Shown here: positions 57,456-64,000 of the stretch, in pieces
How the letters are laid out: each line of letters begins with the position of its first letter
How positions within the stretch are numbered: position 1 is the first letter of the stretch
DNA from: Planctomycetota bacterium
GTDB taxonomy: Bacteria > Planctomycetota > UBA1135 > UBA2386
Direction: 5' to 3'
Length of the DNA stretch: 64,000 nucleotides
Assembly (NCBI GenBank): GCA_046290465.1
Contig: JBKAGP010000001.1
Coordinates: forward strand, 1,216,001 to 1,280,000
Notes under the pieces: generated by a model
What the model saw: the letters and a program-made list of their open reading frames with translations, nothing else
Told to the model about the DNA's origin: nothing
The model's database searches: none
Translations under genes and position numbers: made by a program

Positions 57456-58454
57456 TCAGCGGGCGCGCGCCGCCGCGCGGTGGCAGTAGGCCGTCAGCCA
57501 CGGCGCGATGCGCACGAGCGGCAGTTCGCGCCCGACCGCGCCTTCCTGCCTGGCGGCGCGCGGCATGCCATAGATCGTGCAGGTCTCCTCGTCCTGGCCG
57601 ACCGTCTGCCAGCCGCGATCGCGCAGCGTGCGCATCGGCCCGGCGCCGTCGCGGCCCATGCCGGTCATGATCACCGCGACCCCGCGCACGTCGAGCTCCG
57701 CGCACGACGCGAACAGCACGTCGACCGCCGGCTTGTGGCCGCGGATCGGCGCTGCGTCGTCCCACTCGAGCACCAGCCCCGCCGCGCGCGCCACCACCCG
57801 CAGGTGGTGGTCGCCGGGCGCGATGTAGGCGACGCCGCGACGGATCCGTTCGCCGTGGGCGGCCAGCCGCACGTCGTAGCCGGTCTGCAGCCGCAGCCGC
57901 TGCACCAGGTCGTCGACGAACCCGGCCGGGATGTGCTGCACGACGACGATCGGCGGCAGGCTGTGGTCGTTGGGCAGCGCTTCGAACAGCTCGCGCAGGC
58001 TCGCCGGCCCGCCCGTGCTAATGCCGATGGCGATCAGTTCGGGCGCGTTCTCGGCGACGTCATGGACCTCGTGTTCGACGACGTCGGGCAGCTCCTCGAT
58101 CTGCCGCAGCGCCTGCGAATCGACCACCTGGCGCAGGATCGAGTTGAGCTTGGTCGACCACTCGAGCAGGCTCTTCACGTCCTGGCTGTCGGGCAGTTCG
58201 ACGACCTCGGATACGGCACCGACGACCGGCCGCAGGTCGGCGCCCGGCTGGTACAGCAGCAGCACCGGCGGCGGCAGCGTGCGCAGGTCGACGACCACCG
58301 GCCAGCGCACCAGCGAACAGAGCACCCGGCGCTGCTGCTCGTCGTCGATCGCATCGTGCGGCGCCGCGTCGAAGCCGGCGGCCAGCAGCCACTCGGCGAG
58401 CATGTCGGCGTCGTCACCCGGAGCTTCGAGCACGACCAGCGGTCGCGTCAGCAT
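57456..58454 (-). CDS. cheB: Chemotaxis methylesterase CheB with degenerate receiver-like N-terminus
   Basis: IGISTGGP, VVQHI, HKPAVDVLF, MTGMGRDG, QDEETC-x-x-YGMP. Confidence 0.92.
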   Translation of the reverse strand: MLTRPLVVLEAPGDDADMLAEWLLAAGFDAAPHDAIDDEQQRRVLCSLVRWPVVVDLRTLPPPVLLLYQPGADLRPVVGAVSEVVELPDSQDVKSLLEWSTKLNSILRQVVDSQALRQIEELPDVVEHEVHDVAENAPELIAIGISTGGPASLRELFEALPNDHSLPPIVVVQHIPAGFVDDLVQRLRLQTGYDVRLAAHGERIRRGVAYIAPGDHHLRVVARAAGLVLEWDDAAPIRGHKPAVDVLFASCAELDVRGVAVIMTGMGRDGAGPMRTLRDRGWQTVGQDEETCTIYGMPRAARQEGAVGRELPLVRIAPWLTAYCHRAAARAR

Positions 58455-58456
58455 GC

Positions 58457-58972
58457 TCACGGGTCGATCACGTCCTTGACCAGGTTCTTCCAGCTGCGCT
58501 CGTCGAGCTGGCCGCGCAGCTTGCGCACGACCACGCTGCCCTTGGCCGGGTCGACGAACAACACGCAACCGCCGTCGGCCGGGCCTTCGACGTGCCCCCC
58601 GAACACCATGCCGAGCTCGTAGGTCGCCTCCTTGATCGCCGCGGCGTTGCGCGGGCCGATCGCGCTCTTGTCGAGCCCGCCCATCGAGCCACCGCCCGCC
58701 ATGCGAACGATCAGCTGGCGCGGGTCGGCGCCGTTCTGCAGCGCCAGGTCGCGGGCGCGCGGCGCCGCGAGGTTGGCGAAATAGCCCGGCCCCATGCCCT
58801 GGCCGGTGCCCTCGGGCCGGACCACGTGCGCGAGCACGCAGACCTGGTGCTTGAGGTCCTGCACGACCATGCCGATGCACGAGCCGAGCAGCGTGCTGAG
58901 CACCTGGGGCGGACGCGCGACGGCGATGCCGCCGATCGGCACCTGCACGACACGTTCGGAGGTTGCGGTCAT
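58457..58972 (-). CDS. cheD: Chemoreceptor glutamine deamidase CheD
   Basis: TLLGSCIG...LAH, MAGGGSM, IGPRN. Confidence 0.9.
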   Translation of the reverse strand: MTATSERVVQVPIGGIAVARPPQVLSTLLGSCIGMVVQDLKHQVCVLAHVVRPEGTGQGMGPGYFANLAAPRARDLALQNGADPRQLIVRMAGGGSMGGLDKSAIGPRNAAAIKEATYELGMVFGGHVEGPADGGCVLFVDPAKGSVVVRKLRGQLDERSWKNLVKDVIDP

Positions 58973-59009
58973 GTCGGGAGGCGGGGGCGATGCTGGACGT
59001 GGCGGCGGT

Positions 59010-60956
59010 TCAGACGTTGGCCGGTTCCGGTCTGGTCCCGGGGTCCGCTGCCGGCCCCGCCGCGAGCGCCTGCTGGGCGCCCTTGCGGCGCTTGCTCGGC
59101 ATCCGCTGGCGGCTCATCGCGAAGTCGGCGAAGCCCGACGGATCGAGGATCAGCGTGACCTTGCCGTCGCCGCGGATCGCCATCCCGGCGAGTCCGGGCA
59201 CCGCCGTCAGTTCGGGGCAGAGCGGCTTGATGACCAGGTCCTCCTTGCCGACCAGGCGGTCGACGCCGAGCGCGACCTCGTTGCCGGCGTAGCCGAACAC
59301 GATCGCGTGCTCCGGCTTGGACTGCGTATCCGCAGCCAGCACGCCGTCGGCAAACCGGTAGGTCTCGGGCAGCAGCACGAACGGCATCGGCTGCTCGCGC
59401 ACCACCACCATCGGCTTGTTCTGCACGGTCTGCACGCGGCCCTGGCTGAGCTCGACGATCTCGCGCACCTCGGTGAGCGGCAGCGCGAACATCGTGTCGC
59501 CGACCTCGATCAGCAGGCTGGCCAGGATCGACATGCTCGGCGGCAGTTGGATCGTGAAGCACGTGCCCTTGCCGACCTCGGACTCGAGTTCGACGCTGCC
59601 GCGCAGGCCCTTGATGGTCGCGAGCACGATGTCCATGCCCATGCCGCGGCCGCTGACCTCGGTCACCTGCGCCGCGGTCGAGAAGCCCGGCGAGAAGATC
59701 TGCCGCTGCGCCTCGCGCGCCGACATCGCCTGCGCCTCCTCCGGGGTCTTCAGGCCCATCTCGACGACCTTCTTGACCATGCGCTCGGGGTCGATGCCGC
59801 CGCCGTCGTCGCGGATCTCGATGACGACCGAACTGCCGCGCTGGAAGCTGGTGACGCTCACCCGCCCACGCTCGGACTTGCCGCCCTGCCTGCGATGCTC
59901 GGGGCTCTCGATGCCGTGGTCGATCGAGTTGCGCAACATGTGCACGAGCGGGTTGACCAGCTCGTCGGCGACGCGCTTGTCGATCTGGGTGTCGCCGCCG
60001 CTGACCTCGAAGTCGACCGGCTTGCGCAGGTGCTCGGCGGTGTCGCGCGCGACCCGCTGCAGGCGACGGAACACGCTCTCGAGCGGCACCATGCGCAGTT
60101 GCAGCACCGCCTCGTGGATGCCGCCGACGACGCTGTCGAGGTCGTAGGCGACGTCGTCGAGGTCGCGCAGCACGCGGCCGACGCCGTGCAGTTCCTGCCA
60201 GTCGGAGCCGAACCGCTGCATCTGCTCGCTGAGTCGGTCGACCAGTGCCGGCAGCCGGTCGGCACCGCTCTCGCTCTGCGCCAGCGCCTGCAGGTCGCTG
60301 AGGCTCGCCTGCGCCTCGCGCCACGCGAGCCCCATCTCGTCGAGCCGCTGCAGCGGCCGCAGGTGCTGGGTCACCAGCTGGAAGCGCGAACGGGCCACCA
60401 CCAGCTCGCCGGTCAGGTTGACCATGCGGTCGAGACGTTCCATGCGCACGCGCACGGTCTCGTTCGACTCGGCCATCCCCATCTTGGTCTTGGCAGGCTC
60501 GGTCTTGGTCTTGGCCTCCTTGCTCGGTGCCGACACCAGCGCCTTGCCCGGCCCGTCGCTGGCCTCGTTGCCGATCCGCACCAGCTCGTCGACCACCAGT
60601 TCCGAGGCCGCGCCCTCGGCGCCGCCGGCCGCGATCTCCGCGGTCAGGTTGGTGATCAGGTCGATCGCATCGAACATGCCGCGCACGACCTCCGTGCTCG
60701 GCTCGAGCCGGCCCTCGCGGACCTTGCTGAGCACGCTCTCGAGGTGGTGCGTGACGGTGTTGGTGGTCTCGAAGCCGAAGCAGGCCGACAGCCCCTTCAG
60801 CGAGTGCGCGCTGCGGAACAGGTCGTTGACGCGCTCGACCGGCCACGCCTCGCCGCTCTCGGCGAGATCCATCAGGATCGTGTTGAGCTGCTCGAGGTAG
60901 TCGTGTGCCTCCCCGAGGTAGTCAGCGATCAGGTCTTCGTTCCCGTGCGTGCTCAT
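59010..60956 (-). CDS. cheA: Chemotaxis histidine kinase CheA (no P2 domain)
   Basis: FRSAHSLKG (Hpt), GELVV, RNSIDHGIE, DDGGGID, PGFSTA, SGRGMGMD, CheW-like C-terminus. Confidence 0.96.
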   Translation of the reverse strand: MSTHGNEDLIADYLGEAHDYLEQLNTILMDLAESGEAWPVERVNDLFRSAHSLKGLSACFGFETTNTVTHHLESVLSKVREGRLEPSTEVVRGMFDAIDLITNLTAEIAAGGAEGAASELVVDELVRIGNEASDGPGKALVSAPSKEAKTKTEPAKTKMGMAESNETVRVRMERLDRMVNLTGELVVARSRFQLVTQHLRPLQRLDEMGLAWREAQASLSDLQALAQSESGADRLPALVDRLSEQMQRFGSDWQELHGVGRVLRDLDDVAYDLDSVVGGIHEAVLQLRMVPLESVFRRLQRVARDTAEHLRKPVDFEVSGGDTQIDKRVADELVNPLVHMLRNSIDHGIESPEHRRQGGKSERGRVSVTSFQRGSSVVIEIRDDGGGIDPERMVKKVVEMGLKTPEEAQAMSAREAQRQIFSPGFSTAAQVTEVSGRGMGMDIVLATIKGLRGSVELESEVGKGTCFTIQLPPSMSILASLLIEVGDTMFALPLTEVREIVELSQGRVQTVQNKPMVVVREQPMPFVLLPETYRFADGVLAADTQSKPEHAIVFGYAGNEVALGVDRLVGKEDLVIKPLCPELTAVPGLAGMAIRGDGKVTLILDPSGFADFAMSRQRMPSKRRKGAQQALAAGPAADPGTRPEPANV

Positions 60957-61023
60957 CGAGCGCCTCCTCCCAGATGTATCGGTTGGAGCCGGCGGATCGC
61001 CGCCGGCGCCGTGCGGTCCGCGC

Positions 61024-63093
61024 TCAGATCTTGAAGCGACGGACCAATTCCTTCATGGCTACCGCCTGCGCCGAGAGTTCCTCGGCCGAGGCAGCCATGT
61101 CGGTGGCGTTGCCGGAGTTGTTCTCCGTCAGCTTGGCGACGTTCTGGATCGCGCGGCCGACCTCTTCGGCGGTCGCCGACTGCTCGTCGGTGGCGCTGGC
61201 GATCTGCGAGATCGACTCGGCGGTGCTGGTGACGCCGTCGATGATCTGCTTCAACGCCTGGCCGGTCTCCTCGCTGAGCTTGGTGCCCTCGACCACGCGC
61301 TGCGTCGACTCGCGGATGAGCCCGGTGATCTGCTTGGCAGCCTCGCTCGAACGCTCGGCCAGCTTGCGGACCTCGTCGGCGACGACCGCGAAGCCGAGGC
61401 CGTGCTCGCCGGCGCGGGCCGCCTCGATCGCGGCGTTGAGCGCCAGCAGGTTGGTCTGGCTGGCGATCTCGCTGATCACCTGGATGATCTCGGAGATCTG
61501 CTCGCTCGAGCGGTTGATCTCCTTCATCGCGGTGATCGAGCGGTCGACGGCTTCGCCGCCGGCGCTGGCGCGGCGGCTGGTCTCGTCGGCGATCGAGTTG
61601 GCGTCCGAGGCGTTGCCCGCGATCATGCGGATGCTCTCGGTCAGCTGGTCGACCGACGCGGTCATCTCCTCGACCGTCGCGGCGTTGGTCTGCGAGGCCT
61701 CCGAGAGGCTCGACGACGCGTTCGAGATCGTGCCGGCCGAGGCGCTGAACTGCTCGGCGCCTTCCTTGATCTGCACGATGATCGACCGCAGGTCGGTGAT
61801 CATCGTGCGCAGGCCCTCGCCGAGCTGGCCGATCGGATCCTGCCCCTCGACGCTGTGCGACGCGGTCAGGTCGCCCTTGGCGGCGTCCTCGACGACGTGC
61901 AGCAGCGTGTCGACCTTGTCGCGCAGCTCCGCCGCGGCCTCGGCCTCGGCCTGGGCGCGGTCCTGGATCTCCTGCTCCATCTTCTTCTGGTCGGTGATCA
62001 GCTCCCAGTTGACGACCGCGCCGGCGAAGTTGCCGTCCCCGTCGAACAGGCCGCTGGCACTCAGCGAGACCGACTCGTCTCCGAGCTTGAACTCGGCGGT
62101 GTGGTTGCGGCCCTTCAGCGATTGCAGCAGCTTGCGCTGGTGGCTGGCGTCCTGGTGGAAGCGGTCGATCGAGCCGCCGACGACCTGGTCGGCACGCACT
62201 CCAAACTTGTCCATCATCACCGACTCGAGGTAGCGCAGCGTGCCCGCCGACTTCTCGTTGCCGTAGATGATGTTGAAGTCTGCATCGCAGACCAGGATGT
62301 TGGTCGCGACCGCGTTCATCGCGTCCGACGAGCGCCGGGCGTCCTCGGCCGTCTTGCGCTGCTCGGTGATGTCGGTCGCGAACTTGACGACCTTGATCGG
62401 CTGGCCGCTCTCGTCGGTGATCGGGAAGTAGGTGGCGTTGATCCAGATCTCCTCGCCCCCCTTGCGCAGCCGCAGGTAGTCGCCGTTGTCGGCCTCGCCG
62501 CGGTTGAGCTTGGCCCAGAACGCCTGGTATTCGGCCGACGCCGCGTATTCGGGCGTCACGAACATCCGGTGGTGCTTGCCCTGGATCTCCTGCAGCGAGT
62601 AGCCCACCGCCGCGCAGAAGTTGTCGTTGGCGGTGACGATGGTGCCGTCGAGATGGAACTCGATGACCGCCTGCTGCGAGCGCATCGCGTCGACCAGCTT
62701 GTTGCGCTCGTTGGCCGAGGTGGCCGCGGCGACGTCCGTGGTCACGACCTCCCAGGTGACGACCGCGCCCTGGAACGCGCCGCCCTCGTCGGTCATCGCG
62801 TTGCCCTGGAAGCGCAGCACTTCGTCGCCGACGTTCGCCTGCGCGTTCCAGCCGTCGTTGCCGGCGTTGGCCAGCGCGGCGGCGTCGCCGCCGGCGAGGC
62901 GCTGCAGCGGGCTGCCGACGACCTGCTGGGCCGACAGGCCGGCCTGCGCGAGCGCCGGGCCGAGGCCGGCCAGCGTCTGCATGGCCTGGCGGTTGCAGAA
63001 CTCGATCTGCAGTTCGGCGTCGACGACGAGCACGTTCGCCGCCGCGACGTTCAACGCCTGCACGAGGTCAGGCTGACTGTTCTTGGTTGCCAT
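61024..63093 (-). CDS. Cytoplasmic methyl-accepting chemotaxis protein with three PAS domains and a HAMP domain
   Basis: No TM; PAS motifs; [34 protein letters not shown]. Confidence 0.93.
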   Translation of the reverse strand: MATKNSQPDLVQALNVAAANVLVVDAELQIEFCNRQAMQTLAGLGPALAQAGLSAQQVVGSPLQRLAGGDAAALANAGNDGWNAQANVGDEVLRFQGNAMTDEGGAFQGAVVTWEVVTTDVAAATSANERNKLVDAMRSQQAVIEFHLDGTIVTANDNFCAAVGYSLQEIQGKHHRMFVTPEYAASAEYQAFWAKLNRGEADNGDYLRLRKGGEEIWINATYFPITDESGQPIKVVKFATDITEQRKTAEDARRSSDAMNAVATNILVCDADFNIIYGNEKSAGTLRYLESVMMDKFGVRADQVVGGSIDRFHQDASHQRKLLQSLKGRNHTAEFKLGDESVSLSASGLFDGDGNFAGAVVNWELITDQKKMEQEIQDRAQAEAEAAAELRDKVDTLLHVVEDAAKGDLTASHSVEGQDPIGQLGEGLRTMITDLRSIIVQIKEGAEQFSASAGTISNASSSLSEASQTNAATVEEMTASVDQLTESIRMIAGNASDANSIADETSRRASAGGEAVDRSITAMKEINRSSEQISEIIQVISEIASQTNLLALNAAIEAARAGEHGLGFAVVADEVRKLAERSSEAAKQITGLIRESTQRVVEGTKLSEETGQALKQIIDGVTSTAESISQIASATDEQSATAEEVGRAIQNVAKLTENNSGNATDMAASAEELSAQAVAMKELVRRFKI

Positions 63094-63095
63094 CG

Positions 63096-63716
63096 TTACG
63101 ACTCTCCCTTCGTCCCTTGATTGCTGACTTCCCCGAGCTCCCCGCCACCCAGCAGGCGAGCCATGTCCAACAGAATGAGCAGGCGCTCTCCACGGCGCGC
63201 GAGCCCGGTGATGTAGTCCTTGCCGGCGCCGGACAGCGACGGCGGCGTCGGCGACACTTCGTCCTCCGCCAGGCGCAGCACCTCGTTGACGCCGTCGACG
63301 ACGACGCCGACGGTGCGGCCGTTGAGGTTCATGACCACGATGCGCGTCGCGTCCTCGGCCGGCTGGTCGGGCATGCCGAACCGACGGCGCAGGTTGAGGA
63401 TCGGGATCACGTTGCCGCGCAGGTTGATCACGCCGAGCACGTGCTCGGGGACCTCGGGGACCTGCGTGATGCAGCCGTACAGGATGATCTCCTGCACGGT
63501 CATGATGTCGACGCCGTATTCCTCATCTCCGAGGCAGAAGCTCACGACCTGCGAGCTCTTGGCGTCAGCACCCAGCGTCTTGGCGCGCTGGGTCGCGGCA
63601 TCCTCCGTCGCGGCCGCAGCGTCCGGCGTCGGAGCCGTCGTAGCGATCGCCGCCGCGTCGTCCGCGGCGTTCTGCTCGTCGACCGGAGTCTCCCCCGGCG
63701 CATCGGTTGCAGTCAT
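63096..63716 (-). CDS. cheW: Chemotaxis adaptor CheW with acidic N-terminal extension
   Basis: EEYGVDI, GVINLRG, GVVVDGV, LLILLD; SD GGAGGT. Confidence 0.95.
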   Translation of the reverse strand: MTATDAPGETPVDEQNAADDAAAIATTAPTPDAAAATEDAATQRAKTLGADAKSSQVVSFCLGDEEYGVDIMTVQEIILYGCITQVPEVPEHVLGVINLRGNVIPILNLRRRFGMPDQPAEDATRIVVMNLNGRTVGVVVDGVNEVLRLAEDEVSPTPPSLSGAGKDYITGLARRGERLLILLDMARLLGGGELGEVSNQGTKGES

Positions 63717-63770
63717 CGAAACCTCCTGGCGTGTGGTGTTCGCCAGGGCTTTCGCACCCCGGCACCAACA

Positions 63771-63797
63771 ACGTCGGCACCGTGGATGCGGGGTTTC
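63771..63797 (-). promoter_or_regulatory. Possible sigma28 (FliA)-like promoter for the che operon
   Basis: GAAA, N15, GCCGACGT, compared with the consensus TAAA-N15-GCCGATAA. Confidence 0.35.
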
Positions 63798-63830
63798 GAC
63801 GGGTTTGTCCCCTACTGCCTAAGAACGCTT

Positions 63831-63856
63831 GGGAGCATCCACTCGGGGATGCTCCC
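63831..63856. terminator. Perfect 10-bp hairpin downstream of guaA
   Basis: GGGAGCATCC-actcgg-GGATGCTCCC. Confidence 0.45.
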
Positions 63857-63890
63857 GGGTTGTACCGGTTCGGGTCACTGCCGCGGTCTC

Positions 63891-63999
<109 letters not shown>

Positions 64000-64000
64000 C

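Noticed and set aside
63785..63812. c-di-GMP-I riboswitch-like GGACAAACCCGTCGAAA upstream of cheW
   Set aside because: The sequence after GAAA does not pair back, and the GGGACGCAAAG/P2 element is missing

Overview
This is a very GC-rich (about 70% by eye), gene-dense stretch of bacterial chromosome. The gene content suggests an uncultured Planctomycetota (OM190/UBA1135-like), which is an inference from the TIGR02999-type ECF/Ser-Thr kinase pair, a membrane-anchored ECF fusion, a double sulfatase, and BatA/DUF58 and Gld-like ABC genes. I support about 45 CDS. In order: a TRAP transporter, a frameshifted sulfotransferase, a swivel-first aconitase-family hydro-lyase with a thiolase, several secreted proteins, two ECF systems, an M48 peptidase, the double sulfatase, a TAXI receptor, gltA, an SGNH-like protein with an S8 peptidase, MerC-like, MscS, a beta-lactamase/VanX fusion, two YcxB-like genes, smc, a stand-alone ATP-cone protein, nrdR, mnmE, a YhiN/HI0933 flavoprotein, a 66-aa basic protein, a lone rplC, BatA/DUF58, DUF4340-GldG-GldF-GldA, rho, clpP, cheB-cheD-cheA-MCP-cheW and the 3' end of guaA. 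I saw no tRNA, rRNA, CRISPR array or transposase. The best leads are: (1) a shared ~100-140 aa C-terminal domain on four unrelated exported proteins, a candidate sorting/secretion signal; (2) rplC outside the S10 operon, with a 27-aa insertion and followed by an unknown basic mini-protein and RNA-modification genes; (3) an nrdR - ATP-cone - smc operon; (4) candidate structured RNAs, namely an anti-SD hairpin with terminator at ~47.6 kb, a ~420-nt rho leader and the TRAP leader; (5) an internal SD/ATG in the ECF fusion. All calls come from motif recognition by eye; no database searches were run.
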